A stretch of DNA of 64,000 nucleotides from Vicinamibacteria bacterium (lineage in GTDB: Bacteria > Acidobacteriota > Vicinamibacteria > Marinacidobacterales > Marinacidobacteraceae). Location of the stretch: assembly GCA_965199715.1 (NCBI GenBank), contig OZ241322.1, positions 288,001 through 352,000 on the forward strand, written 5' to 3'. Made by a program: the position numbers and the translations under genes. Position 1 is the stretch's first letter; each line of letters opens with the position of its first letter. The notes below the pieces were generated by a model. It did not search any database, had not been told where the DNA came from, and saw only the letters and a list, made by a program, of their open reading frames with translations. Shown here piece after piece: positions 47,125 to 57,412 of this stretch.

Positions 47125-49025
47125 CCGGGCTGCGGGCCGGCCGGTTCTTCCGGCGGCTCACGAGGCTCGCGACCTTCGCCGCGCTTGGCGGACTCGGCCT
47201 CCTCGTGGTGGGGGAGATCCGCCGGGGCCTCGTGCCCCACGAGGTCGGCAGCCTCGGCGAGTGGCGCGGATCCAACGAGGACATGGTCTCGAGCGGCGTC
47301 CGCCTCGTTCAGGTCGATGAGCGCGGGCGTCCCGTCGCCGAGATCGAGGCGGAGGAGGCGGTCGCCCAGTCGGGACCCGACCAGCGCTTTCTCGGGGTCT
47401 CGGTCCGCTTCGTGCGGACCCACGGCGAGGACGACACCCTCGTCGAGGCCGACGAGCTGATCCTCGACACGCGCCGCGAGACGTTCCACTTCGCCGGACA
47501 CGCCGTGCTCACGACGACCGACCTCGAGCTTTCGGGACCCCACCTCCACTTCCGGAGGAACCCGGACCACCTGTGGACCCCGGAGCCCACGCAGTTCCGC
47601 GCCGGCGAATTCCACGGGGTGGCCGGGAATCTCGCCTTCCAGTTGAGGTCGGGAACGGTGAGCATGCAGGGCGTCGCGCTCGCCTCGCACGACGACGCCC
47701 CGATCGCGATGGTCGCCGACCGGGCCCGGTTCGAGCGCGAGACCGGGGAGATCCTCCTGAGGGGGGACGTCCTCGTGACGACGGACGGGTTCCGGCTGGA
47801 GTCGGCGCAGACCGTCGCGATCCGCCGCAATCCGCTGCTGCGGCGGGTGACCGGCCTTTCCGCCGGGTTCCGCACCCGCATGGAGATCGCCGACGAGGAC
47901 GGCGCGCCGATCCTGACCTTGCAGGCGGACGACCTCGACATGGACCTCGGCCGGGGCCGCCTTCCCCGGGCGATCCGGGCCGTGGACGGCGCCCGCTTCG
48001 AGGACGCCCGGGAGAGCCGGGCGCGAGGGGAGACCGCCGAGCTTCGCTTCGACGACGACGGGAATCCGGTGGCGCTCTCGCTGCAGACGGGCGTCCGCAC
48101 CCGGACGACTCCGTCGGGGTCCGACTACTGGATCGAAGCCGAGGCGCAACGGGCCGAGCTCGGATTCGCGCCGGACGGGGCCCTGAGCGCGGCCGAGTAC
48201 GAGGGCGAGGTGGTCGTCCACCACGGCCAGGCCTCGGCGCGGGCCGGCGAGGCGAGCTTCGACGGGGCGAGCTCGCTCGTTTTCCGGCAGGAGCCCCGCA
48301 TCGAGGATCGGTCGCTGCTGGAGCTGGCCGGCGAGGTCCTGCGGATCGAGATCGGCTCTCCCGGCCGGATCGCCGGCGAGGGAGGCGTCGTCGGTCGCTT
48401 CCTCGGGCGGAAGGCCGGCTGGCTGCCGGGCGCTCCCCGGGACGCCTCCATCCTCGGCGACCGCGCCGAGATCGAGACCGGCTCTGGACGGGCGCGGTTC
48501 TCGGGGTCGGTCCGGATCCTGCTGGACCCGAGTCTCATCACGGGAGACGCGGTGACGCTCGACGCCGAAGCCGGAACCCTCGCCGTGGACGGAGGCGTCG
48601 AGAGCCGGATGCGCCTCGGCGACGAGGACCTCGCGTTTTTCGTGCGTTCGGAGAGCCTCCGCTACGCCGAGGAGCTGCGGTACTCGGGCGCCCCCGACCT
48701 CCGGCACCGCTCCGGAACCGACGAGAGCCGGCTCGAGGCCCGGACCATCGTGGCCGAGATCGACAAGGAAGGCCGTCTCGGCGGGCTCGTGGGGGAGGGG
48801 ACGGCGCGGTTCTCCCGCGGTGAGAGCCGGGTCGAGGGCGCCCGCATTCGCTTCGATCCCACCGCGGACGAGCTTCTCGCGACGGGCGCTCCGGCGGCGG
48901 TCGCGACCGGGGGCCGGCGCACCGAGGGCGGCGAGGTCGCCATCGCGCTCGACGTCGATCGCTGGAACGTCCTCCCGAGCCCGACGAGCCGCACCCGGAC
49001 CACGCTGCGCGTGAGGCCGCAATGA
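47121..49025 (+). CDS. LptC/LptA(OstA)-like multi beta-jellyroll LPS transport protein
   Basis: N-terminal TM followed by many beta-strand-rich repeats (A..A.f....., l.G.V); coupled directly to lptB. Confidence 0.7.
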   Translation: MTGLRAGRFFRRLTRLATFAALGGLGLLVVGEIRRGLVPHEVGSLGEWRGSNEDMVSSGVRLVQVDERGRPVAEIEAEEAVAQSGPDQRFLGVSVRFVRTHGEDDTLVEADELILDTRRETFHFAGHAVLTTTDLELSGPHLHFRRNPDHLWTPEPTQFRAGEFHGVAGNLAFQLRSGTVSMQGVALASHDDAPIAMVADRARFERETGEILLRGDVLVTTDGFRLESAQTVAIRRNPLLRRVTGLSAGFRTRMEIADEDGAPILTLQADDLDMDLGRGRLPRAIRAVDGARFEDARESRARGETAELRFDDDGNPVALSLQTGVRTRTTPSGSDYWIEAEAQRAELGFAPDGALSAAEYEGEVVVHHGQASARAGEASFDGASSLVFRQEPRIEDRSLLELAGEVLRIEIGSPGRIAGEGGVVGRFLGRKAGWLPGAPRDASILGDRAEIETGSGRARFSGSVRILLDPSLITGDAVTLDAEAGTLAVDGGVESRMRLGDEDLAFFVRSESLRYAEELRYSGAPDLRHRSGTDESRLEARTIVAEIDKEGRLGGLVGEGTARFSRGESRVEGARIRFDPTADELLATGAPAAVATGGRRTEGGEVAIALDVDRWNVLPSPTSRTRTTLRVRPQ

Positions 49026-49747
49026 GCGAACGCGTGCTCGCCTGCGAGGATCTGGTCAAGAGTTACGGCCGCCGCCGGGTCGTGGACGGAATCTCGGTGC
49101 GCGTGCGCACCGGGGAGGTCGTCGGCCTGCTCGGCCCGAACGGCGCCGGCAAGACCACGACGTTCCGGGTGATCGTGGGCCTGATCCGCGCCGAAGGCGG
49201 CGCGGTGACCCTCGACGAGGAGGACCTGACCGGGCTTCCGCTGCACCGGCGCGCCCGGCGCGGCATCGGCTACCTGCCGCAGGAGCCCTCGGTGTTCCGG
49301 GGGCTGACAGTGGAGGAGAACCTGCTCGCCATCCTCGAGCTGCGGGGCGTGCGCCGCGCCGAGCGCGTCGAGCGCACCCGGGCGCTGCTGGACGAGTTCG
49401 GGCTAGCCGACCGGGCGCGGGCGTACGGCGAGTCGCTCTCGGGCGGGGAGCGGCGCCGCGCCGAGATCGCCCGCGCGCTGGCCACGCGCCCCGGGTTCCT
49501 CCTCCTCGACGAGCCGTTCGCCGCCTGCGACCCGATCGCGGTGGCCGAGCTCCAACGGGTGCTGGCGCGGCTCCGGGATCGGGGGATCGGCGTGCTCGTG
49601 ACCGACCACAGCGTGCGGGAGACGCTGCGGGTGACCGACCGGGCCTACATCATCGAGGACGGCCGGATCCTCTTCGAGGGCGCGCCGGACGAACTCGTGC
49701 AGAGTCCCGACGTCCGGCGCGCCTACTTGGGAGCGGACTGGCAATGA
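49022..49747 (+). CDS. lptB: LPS export ABC transporter ATPase
   Basis: GPNGAGKTT, YLPQEPSVFR, LSGGERRRAEIARAL, LDEPFA, TDHSVRETL. Confidence 0.95.
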   Translation: MSERVLACEDLVKSYGRRRVVDGISVRVRTGEVVGLLGPNGAGKTTTFRVIVGLIRAEGGAVTLDEEDLTGLPLHRRARRGIGYLPQEPSVFRGLTVEENLLAILELRGVRRAERVERTRALLDEFGLADRARAYGESLSGGERRRAEIARALATRPGFLLLDEPFAACDPIAVAELQRVLARLRDRGIGVLVTDHSVRETLRVTDRAYIIEDGRILFEGAPDELVQSPDVRRAYLGADWQ

Positions 49748-51192
49748 GCGCCCGGCCCGGCGTGCGCCAGGGGCTCCAGGTCGGCGTCCGGCAGCAGCAG
49801 CGGCTGCGGCTGACCCCGCAGGTGCGCCAGACCATCGAGATGCTCTCGCTCCCGCTGGTCGAGCTGCGGATGCGCGTGGAGCAGGAACTGCGCGAGAACC
49901 CCGCGCTCGAGGAGCTCGGGCCCGGCGAGGACGCGAACGAGGAGCCAGAGCCGATCGCCGCGGCGGACGAGGAGGACGAGGCCGAGGCCCCGCTCGAGGA
50001 CCCGGTCACCGATCTCGACTCGGAGTCGTGGTTCGAGGAGTACCGCGACCGCGGCGGCGGCTCGGGGTCGTCCGAGGAGCCGCCGTCGTTCGAGCGCACG
50101 CTCCCGGCGACGCGCACGCTTGCGGCGCATCTCGGGGAGCAGCTCGGGACCGAGGTGGAGACCGAGCGCGAGCGCCAGGTCGGGCTCGAGATCATCGGGA
50201 ACCTCGACCAGCGCGGATACCTCGACGCCACGGTCGCCGAGATCGCGGGCGGCCTCGACGCGCCGACCGACGAGGTCGAAGCGATCCGCCAACGGATCCT
50301 CCGGTTCGATCCGCCCGGATGCGCCTGCCTCGACATCGAGGAGTGCCTCGTGACCCAGCTTGAGGTCCGCGAAGGGCCGGACGGGCCGCTGGCGCGGATC
50401 GTCCGGGAGCACCTCGACCTCATCATGGGCGCGCGCTTCCGCGATCTGGCGAAGGCGCTCGGCAAGGAGCTGGACGTGGTCATGCGGGGGATCCGGCAGA
50501 TCGGCGAGCTGGACTTCCAGCCCGGCGCCCGTTACGCCTCCGACGCGCCCTCGTACGTGATTCCCGACGCCCGCGCGTACCGCGTCGGCGCGGTCTGGCG
50601 CGTCGAGATGAACGAGGAAATTCCGCGGCTGCGGGCGAATCCGCTCTACCGGAACATCCTGAAGTCGCGGGACGCCCACTCGCCGAAGGAGCGCGCCTTC
50701 ATCAGCGACGCCTGGGCGCGCGCCAAGGGGTTCGAGCGCTCGGTGCGCCAGCGGCAGGAGACCGTCCGGCTCGTCGCCGAGGACATCGTGCGCAAGCAGG
50801 AGGAGTTCTTGAACGAGGGGATCGACCGCATCCGCCCGCTGGTCCTGAACGACGTGGCCCGCGACATCGGGCGCGCGGAGAGCACCGTGTCGCGGGTCGT
50901 GAACGAGAAGTACCTCGCGACCCCGCGCGGGGTCATTCCCTTCCGCCGGTTCTTCCACAGCGCGTTGGCGCTGCGGAACGGGCAGCAGGTGTCGTCCGAG
51001 GCGGTGAAGGCCCGGGTGCGGCGGGTGATCGAGCGCGAGGATCCCGAACGCCCGCTCGCCGACGAGCAGATCGTCCAGCTTCTGGGCCGGGACGGGGTGA
51101 TGATCGCCCGCCGGACGGTCGCGAAGTACCGCAAGGCGCTGCGCATCCCCGCCTCCACCGAGCGGCGGGTGCGCTATCGCAACCAGGCGTAG
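49744..51192 (+). CDS. rpoN: RNA polymerase sigma-54 factor
   Basis: Q-rich region I, ENPALE, ESTVSRV HTH, ARRTVAKYR RpoN box. Confidence 0.97.
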   Translation: MSARPGVRQGLQVGVRQQQRLRLTPQVRQTIEMLSLPLVELRMRVEQELRENPALEELGPGEDANEEPEPIAAADEEDEAEAPLEDPVTDLDSESWFEEYRDRGGGSGSSEEPPSFERTLPATRTLAAHLGEQLGTEVETERERQVGLEIIGNLDQRGYLDATVAEIAGGLDAPTDEVEAIRQRILRFDPPGCACLDIEECLVTQLEVREGPDGPLARIVREHLDLIMGARFRDLAKALGKELDVVMRGIRQIGELDFQPGARYASDAPSYVIPDARAYRVGAVWRVEMNEEIPRLRANPLYRNILKSRDAHSPKERAFISDAWARAKGFERSVRQRQETVRLVAEDIVRKQEEFLNEGIDRIRPLVLNDVARDIGRAESTVSRVVNEKYLATPRGVIPFRRFFHSALALRNGQQVSSEAVKARVRRVIEREDPERPLADEQIVQLLGRDGVMIARRTVAKYRKALRIPASTERRVRYRNQA

Positions 51193-51211
51193 CCCGGTAC
51201 TCTCCCGTTCC

Positions 51212-51631
51212 ATGATCGGGATCGTCGTGGTGACCCACGGCCAGTTGGCGCGGGAGCTGGTCGCGGCCGCGGAGATGATCACCGGGGACGACATCCCGAA
51301 CGCCACGTCGGTCTCGATCGGCTGGCACGACGGCCCCGAAGAGGCGCGGGCGGCGATCGTCGCCGCGATAGAACGGGTGGAGAGCGACGACGGGATCGTG
51401 ATCCTGACCGACATGTTCGGCGGCACGCCCTCGAACCTCGCGCTGAGCCTGCTCCGGGCGGGGGCCGTGGAGGTCGTCACCGGCGTGAACCTGCCGATGC
51501 TGATCCGGCTGGTCTCGTTCCCCCAGGAAGACGAGGTGGAACTGCTCGCCGCAGCGCGGGCGGCGCTCTCCCAGGGCAAGGAGAACATCTACCTCGCCTC
51601 CGAGCTGCTCGGCCGCGACCCCGCCAAGTGA
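51212..51631 (+). CDS. PTS EIIA, mannose/fructose class
   Basis: GIVVVTHG, TDMFGGTP, GVNLPML. Confidence 0.93.
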   Translation: MIGIVVVTHGQLARELVAAAEMITGDDIPNATSVSIGWHDGPEEARAAIVAAIERVESDDGIVILTDMFGGTPSNLALSLLRAGAVEVVTGVNLPMLIRLVSFPQEDEVELLAAARAALSQGKENIYLASELLGRDPAK

Positions 51632-51641
51632 AGCGGCGTCC

Positions 51642-51911
51642 GTGGTCGAACGGGACGTCGCGATCACGAACCGGCTGGGTTTCCACGCCCGCGCCGCGGC
51701 GCGCTTCGTGAAGACCGCCTCCCGCTTCGACTCGGTGGTCACCGTGACCGCGGGCGGCGCCACGAGCGACGGCAAGAGCATCCTCGGGCTCCTGTTCCTC
51801 GCCGCGGGGGCCGGAACCGAGATCCGCATCCGCGCGACCGGCCCCGACTCGGAGGCGGCGCTCGACGCCCTCGCGCGGCTGGTCCAGAACGGCTTCGGAG
51901 AGACCGGATGA
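51642..51911 (+). CDS. ptsH: Phosphocarrier HPr
   Basis: GFHARAAA (His15), GKSILGL (Ser46). Confidence 0.93.
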   Translation: MVERDVAITNRLGFHARAAARFVKTASRFDSVVTVTAGGATSDGKSILGLLFLAAGAGTEIRIRATGPDSEAALDALARLVQNGFGETG

Positions 51912-53620
51912 GCGCCGAGATCACGCTCACCGGCGAGGCGGCCGCTCCCGGGGTCGCGGTCGCGCCGGCGACGCTCTTCGAGCGGAGCGTGGTCCCGATC
52001 TTCCGGGTGACGGTGGCGCGGCGCCAAGCGCCCTTCGAGCTGCGGCGGTTCGAGCTGGCGTGCGAACAGGCGGAGGGGCAGCTCGAGCGCATCCAGGAAT
52101 CCACCCGCAACGCGATCGGAAGCGACCACGCCTACCTGTTCGAGGCGCAGAAGCTCATGATCCGGGACCCGGTGCTTGTCAGCCGGGTGCGCGAGATCAT
52201 CCGCTCCGAGCAGACGAACGCCGAGTGGGCGCTCGGCAAGGCGCTCGGCGAACTGGAGGCGGTCTTCGACGGCCTCGCCGACGACTACCTGCGCCAGCGG
52301 CGGGGCGACGTCGCCGACGTGGGCGGCCGCCTGCTGAAGAACCTCTCCGGAGGCGACGAGCGCGGGCTCCAGACGCTCGAGCGCAACCACGTGGTCATCG
52401 CCGGCGACCTTGGCCCCTCGGACGCGGCCGAGCTCGACTGGCCGCACGTGGCGGCCATGGCGATGGAGGCGGGCGGCCCGACGTACCACAGCGCGATCCT
52501 CGCGCGGACCCACGGGGTGCCCTGCGTCACCGGGGTGGCCGGGCTCCGCGAGGAGGTGCGCATCGGGGGAACCCTGGTCGTGGACGGCTTCGAGGGAGTG
52601 GTGGTCGTGAACCCCTCGGAGGAGACGCTCCGCCGCGCCCGCCGGAAGCGCGTCCGGGAGCGGGAGCGCCGCCGGCGCATGCTGCGCACCGCCCGGAGCC
52701 GCGCCGAGACCGCCGACGGCCAGCGGGTCGCACTCCTCGCCAACCTCGACAGCCCGGACGAACTGGAGCTGGTGCGGCAGTACGGGGCGGAGGGCGTCGG
52801 CCTGTTCCGCACCGAGCGGATCGCCGGCCCGAGCGTCCCGAACGAGGAGGAGCAGTTCCGGATCTATCGCCGGCTCGCCCGCTCGCTCGCGCCGCATCCG
52901 CTGGTGATCCGCGCCTTCGACCTCGACGCGATCGCGCTCGGTCGCTCCCGCGAGCAGAATCCGGCGCTCGGGCTGCGCGGCGCCCGCCTCCTCACCGAGT
53001 CCTCCGCCGTCTTCGAGGCCCAGATCCGAGCCGTGCTCCGCGCCGCCGCCCACGGCGAGATCCAGTTGATGTTCCCGATGGTCGGCGGACTCGAGGAGTT
53101 CCGGGCGGCCCGCGCCCACGTCCGGACGGCGACCGGCGAACTGGAGAAGAACGAGATCCCCTTCCGCGAGCCGCCGGTCGGGGCCATGCTGGAGCTCCCG
53201 TCGGCCGCCGCGACCGCCGACTTCGTCGCGAGCGAGGCCGACTTCCTGAGCATCGGCACCAACGACCTGATGCAGTACCTCTTCGGGGCCGATCGGGCCA
53301 ACGAGCGGGTCGCGCACTTCAACGATCCCTTCCACCCGGCCTTCCTGCGCACGATCCGGTTCGCGATCCGGGCGGCGCAGGGGACGGGAACCCCGCTCGC
53401 CATCTGCGGGGAGGTGGCCCGCGAGCCGCTCATCATGCCCCTGCTGCTGGGGTTCGGCGTGCGCAGCTTCTCGATGAGCCCGCAAGCGGTGCCGGAGGTC
53501 AAGGAGCTGATCGGAAACGTCGAGATCGGCGTCGCCGAGAAGCTCGCTTCGGAGATCGTCCAAGTGCCGACCGCGCAGGAGATCCGCGCCCGGGTGATGC
53601 GGCGCGTCGGGGCTTCCTGA
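51908..53620 (+). CDS. ptsI: PEP-protein phosphotransferase (PTS enzyme I)
   Basis: GGPTYHSAILAR, GLFRTE, NPALGLRG, SIGTNDL.QY, CGE. Confidence 0.95.
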   Translation: MSAEITLTGEAAAPGVAVAPATLFERSVVPIFRVTVARRQAPFELRRFELACEQAEGQLERIQESTRNAIGSDHAYLFEAQKLMIRDPVLVSRVREIIRSEQTNAEWALGKALGELEAVFDGLADDYLRQRRGDVADVGGRLLKNLSGGDERGLQTLERNHVVIAGDLGPSDAAELDWPHVAAMAMEAGGPTYHSAILARTHGVPCVTGVAGLREEVRIGGTLVVDGFEGVVVVNPSEETLRRARRKRVRERERRRRMLRTARSRAETADGQRVALLANLDSPDELELVRQYGAEGVGLFRTERIAGPSVPNEEEQFRIYRRLARSLAPHPLVIRAFDLDAIALGRSREQNPALGLRGARLLTESSAVFEAQIRAVLRAAAHGEIQLMFPMVGGLEEFRAARAHVRTATGELEKNEIPFREPPVGAMLELPSAAATADFVASEADFLSIGTNDLMQYLFGADRANERVAHFNDPFHPAFLRTIRFAIRAAQGTGTPLAICGEVAREPLIMPLLLGFGVRSFSMSPQAVPEVKELIGNVEIGVAEKLASEIVQVPTAQEIRARVMRRVGAS

Positions 53621-53629
53621 GCCGGACGC

Positions 53630-55279
53630 TCAGAAATTCGGCCGCCGTTCGCGGAAGTCCGTCGCTTCCTCGAGCGCCCGCGCCGCGAGCAGCAGCCGCT
53701 CCTCGCCGTACACCTGTCCGACGAGGGCGATCCCGGTCGGGGTTCCGTCCTCCTCGAAGCCGTTCGGAACGGTCACGACCGGGTGCCCAGTCATGCTGGT
53801 CATCGGGTTCACCGCCCGCCACGGCGTGACCACGGCGTCCAGCCCGTCCATGGCCCGATGGACCTCCAGCATGTTCCGGTAGCGGATCCGGTTCGCCTGC
53901 AGGTAGTCCACCGCGGGAACGAGCCGCGAGGCCCGGAGCTCGCCCCGGTGCCCCTGCCGCACGAGGTCCCGGTCCATGCCGCTTCGGGCGAATTCCTCGA
54001 AGCCGGCGGCGCGCTCGACGTACTCGATGAAGTAGGTGAGGCGGTTGTCGGGCAATTCCACCGGCTGCAGGTCGTGGCCGAGGCCGCGCAGGGTCTCGAG
54101 GCTGCGCCGGGCGTTCCCGTCGGCCTCCTCGAAGGCGAAAGCGAGGAAGCCGAGGCGCAGGTCGCCGCCGGACGCGGTTCCGTCCCAGTTGAAGGGAACG
54201 TCCCGGACCGTCGCCAGATCCCGGTCGTCGGGTCCGGCGACGGCGTGGAGCACGAGCGCGGCGTCCTCGGCCGAGCGGGTCATCGGACCGATCTTGTCGA
54301 GCGAGAAGCCGGCCGCCATGACGCCGTGTCGGCTCACCCGTCCGAACGTGGGGCGCAGGCCGAAGACGCCGCAACGGACGGCGGGCGACAGGATCGAGCC
54401 GCCAGTGTCGGTCCCGATGGCGAAGCCGACGAGGCCCCCGCCGGCCGCCGAGCCGGAGCCGGCGGAGGAGCCGCTCGAACCCTCGTCGGGGTTCCACGGG
54501 TTGTTCGTGCGTCCGCCGAACCAGTTGTGGCCGAACGCGAGTTCGCCGGTCGTGAGCTTGGCCACGAGCACCGCCCCCGCCGCGTCGAGCCGCTCCACCA
54601 CGGCGGCGTCGAGATCGATTTCCTGATCCTCAAAAACCCCGGCCCCCCAGGTCGTGCGATACCCGCGCACCGCGATGATGTCCTTCGCGCCCCACGGGAC
54701 GCCGTGGAGCGGCCCCCGGTAGCGCCCGGCGGCGATCTCCGCGTCGGCTGCGCGCGCCTGCTCGCGCGCTCGCTCCGGAGTCAGGGTCACGACGCAGTTG
54801 AGGACCGGGTTCAGCCGCTCCAGCCGGGCGAGGTACATCTCGGTGAGTTCGACCGACGTGACCGCTCGGGTCTCGAGGAGGCGGGCGAGCCGGGTCACCG
54901 GCCAGAAGGCGACTTCCTCCAGATCGGCCGGACGAGTCGGCGCGGGCGCTTCGCGGCGGCGGAGCGGGCGCTCCTCCCGGTCGAACCTCATGCCGGGGAC
55001 GGCCGGGTTGAAATAGAGCGGCGGCGGAATCGCGTTGTGGAGCGGGATCTCCCGGATCTCCTCGCAGAAGTCGAGGTTCTTGTTGGCCTCGTCCACCATG
55101 AGCCCGAGCTCCTCGTCGGAGAACTCGAGTCCGGCGAGCGCGGCCGCCTCCCGCATCATCGAGAAGCGGATCCGCGCCGCGCCGCTCTGGTCGAGGCGCG
55201 TCCACAGACAGCCGGGAAGGAGCGTTCCGGAGACGCCGGCGGCGTACGCCCAAGCGAGGAAGTTGCGTCGGCGGTACAT
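53630..55279 (-). CDS. Amidase-signature family protein with Tat-like signal
   Basis: RRRNFL N-terminus, GVPWGAKD, GSSGSSAGS, GTDTGGSI. Confidence 0.92.
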   Translation of the reverse strand: MYRRRNFLAWAYAAGVSGTLLPGCLWTRLDQSGAARIRFSMMREAAALAGLEFSDEELGLMVDEANKNLDFCEEIREIPLHNAIPPPLYFNPAVPGMRFDREERPLRRREAPAPTRPADLEEVAFWPVTRLARLLETRAVTSVELTEMYLARLERLNPVLNCVVTLTPERAREQARAADAEIAAGRYRGPLHGVPWGAKDIIAVRGYRTTWGAGVFEDQEIDLDAAVVERLDAAGAVLVAKLTTGELAFGHNWFGGRTNNPWNPDEGSSGSSAGSGSAAGGGLVGFAIGTDTGGSILSPAVRCGVFGLRPTFGRVSRHGVMAAGFSLDKIGPMTRSAEDAALVLHAVAGPDDRDLATVRDVPFNWDGTASGGDLRLGFLAFAFEEADGNARRSLETLRGLGHDLQPVELPDNRLTYFIEYVERAAGFEEFARSGMDRDLVRQGHRGELRASRLVPAVDYLQANRIRYRNMLEVHRAMDGLDAVVTPWRAVNPMTSMTGHPVVTVPNGFEEDGTPTGIALVGQVYGEERLLLAARALEEATDFRERRPNF

Positions 55280-56727
55280 CGGATCACCAGTCTATGCGCC
55301 GGACGCGCCAGCAGCGCGGCGCATCCGGCGGTCAGGGCGACCACGACCCCCGCGAGCGCGACGAGCCACGCGAGCGAGCAACCGGCCGCCGCGCCGGCCG
55401 TCGCCGCGAGGACCAACCGGCGCGTCGCCCCAGGTCGCCGCGCGCCTGCCCGACCACGCTCCCGAGAGCGAGCAGCAGCCCGGCCGCCCCGAAGATCCCG
55501 ACGGCCGGCGTCGCGATCGCGTCGGCCCCGAGCAGCGCCGCGCGGCGGCAGGTCGCGGTCTCCAGCTTCAGCACCCGCAACGCCGAGTCGGTCGAATGCG
55601 CCGCGTTCCGGATGGCGAGCAGCGCGTCCGGGCCGGGCGGCTCCCGCAGGCGCGCCACGACCTGGGTCGGTCGGGGGAAGGGGAACGGGGCCGAATTTCC
55701 GAACGGCACGAACATCGAACCCTCGACCGGGAAGGGGGGTCGCTCCCGACTGCGCACCTCGGGGACCACCCCCGCGATGCGGTACTGCTCGAGGCGTGAC
55801 CGCACGACGGTCCCGAGCGGGCTCCCCTCGATCCGCCGCGCCGGCGCGGCGTCGGCCAGCCCGACCGGTTCCGCCGGCGGAGCGTCGGACGGCAGCGAGC
55901 CGCGTCCTTCCGTGACCTCGAGGCCGAGCGTGCGAAACAGGTCGTGATGCACCCGAGCACCGCGACCTTCGCTTCCGCGTCGCCGTCGAGGCCGTCCCCG
56001 TCCAGAAAGCCACTGCCGGGCCAGTCGGGAAGTTGGTCCGCGACAGCAGCCGCTCCAGCGCGTGATCGAGCGCGAGCCGCGACAGCAGCCGCTCCAGCGC
56101 GTGATCGAGCGGCGGCGCCGGCGTCCACGCCTCGAATTCCGGGCCGGGGAACATGAAGCGCTCGGGCGTCACCCCCAGCACTCGATGCTCCGCGCCGTCC
56201 AGTTGGATCGTGCGGCCCACGATCTCCGGCGACCCGCCGAAGGCCTCCCGGAACAACCGCCAGCCGAGCACCACGCTCCCGTCGCCGGCGGCCACGAGCT
56301 CATGATCCTCGGGCCGGAACAAGCGTCCGTGCGCCGGCGCGATCCCGAGGTTGTCGAGCAGGCCCGGACTCACGCTGGCGGCGAGCAGGGCGCGGGTTCC
56401 GGCTTCGGTCTCGAGCACGGGCCGGGCCACCCTCCAGACGTCCACCGACTCGAACGAGTCGGACTCGGCGGCGAGGAAGCCGATTTCCCGCTCGAAGAGG
56501 AGCGCGGGGCTTCCGGGCGCCGCCCGCTCCACCACCAGCTCTACGAGCGCGTCCCCGTCCGGAAACGCCAGCGGCCGCCCGATCACGGCGTCCCACGCCG
56601 CGTTCGCGGCGACCGAGGCGGCGACCGCGAGGGAGACAAGCGCGACAGTCGCCGCGGTCGTCCCCGGAGTCGCTCGCAGCGAACGGACGGCGGCACGGAC
56701 CGACGCGCCCACCCGGCCGGACAGCAC
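55280..56727 (-). pseudogene. Disrupted ADOP/MacB-like ABC permease
   Basis: N-terminal part (RSLRATPG, RPLAFPDGDALV, VSPG..LG..P..GRLF, FGGSPEIVGRTIQLDG) is followed by homologous pieces in other frames (FLD...AKVAVLG; DLFRTLGLEVTEGR...IAGVV; GA.RR.V); much shorter than a full duplicated permease. Confidence 0.7.
56038..56111. repeat. Tandem duplication, 35-bp identical copies at 39-bp period
   Basis: CCGCGACAGCAGCCGCTCCAGCGCGTGATCGAGCG at 56038-56072 and 56077-56111 (LDHALERLLSR twice). Confidence 0.95.
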
Positions 56728-56732
56728 GAGAC

Positions 56733-57338
56733 CTAACCGGGAGCGGATGGCCCCGACCCGGTCCGGTCGGGCCCGACGAATTCTCGCAGCAGATCTCGAC
56801 TCTGCTGGCGGACGAAGTACCTCCCCTCCGGGACGCTCGCGACGGCGGCCCCGTGGTGAAGCAGCAGCCGCACCGCCTTCACGTCCCCGGTCAGGAGCGC
56901 CAGCGCCGTTCGACGTGCACCCTGCGACGCGGCCCAGGTGAGCGGACTCCACCCGAAGCCCCCCGTCCGATTCACGTCCGCGCCCTCGCTCACGAGCCAC
57001 TCGACGACTTCCGTTCGGTCGAACCCCGCCGCCAGACGCAGCGGCATGCGTCCCTTCAGATTCCGGGCGTTGACGGACACGCCGCTGGCCGCGAGCGCCC
57101 GTACCGCGTCCAGATCTCGATCGGCCGCGGCGGCGACCAACCGGCCCTCGGGAGTCTCGTCACCACGCAATTCTGCGAAGAACTGTGCCTGCGTAACTGG
57201 ACCGTCCGTGGATTCGCGAGGTCGCTCCTGGGGTGCGTCGCGGCCGGGTTGGAATGCGCCCAGCCTCCACCAAGCGGCCCCCACGAAGATCCCCGCCGCG
57301 ATCAGAAGCAGCAGGGTGCGCGCGCGAACTCGTCGCAT
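56733..57338 (-). CDS. Ankyrin-repeat protein with N-terminal TM anchor
   Basis: TLLLLIAAGIFVGAAWW, then GVSVNAR..GRMPLRLAA, GADVN...GWSPLTWAA, LLHHGA. Alternative start GTG 57416 overlaps the dnaE2 stop. Confidence 0.8.
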   Translation of the reverse strand: MRRVRARTLLLLIAAGIFVGAAWWRLGAFQPGRDAPQERPRESTDGPVTQAQFFAELRGDETPEGRLVAAAADRDLDAVRALAASGVSVNARNLKGRMPLRLAAGFDRTEVVEWLVSEGADVNRTGGFGWSPLTWAASQGARRTALALLTGDVKAVRLLLHHGAAVASVPEGRYFVRQQSRDLLREFVGPDRTGSGPSAPG

Positions 57339-57412
57339 CACGTTCCAACGCCAAGCAGAACCGGGAGGCCGCCGCAAGGGAAGGTCGGAACCGGCTCGGC
57401 CGAGCGCACTCG

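Noticed and set aside
56038-56111. 35-bp direct repeat as a CRISPR remnant
   Set aside because: Only two copies with a 4-bp gap, in frame within coding sequence, and no cas genes.
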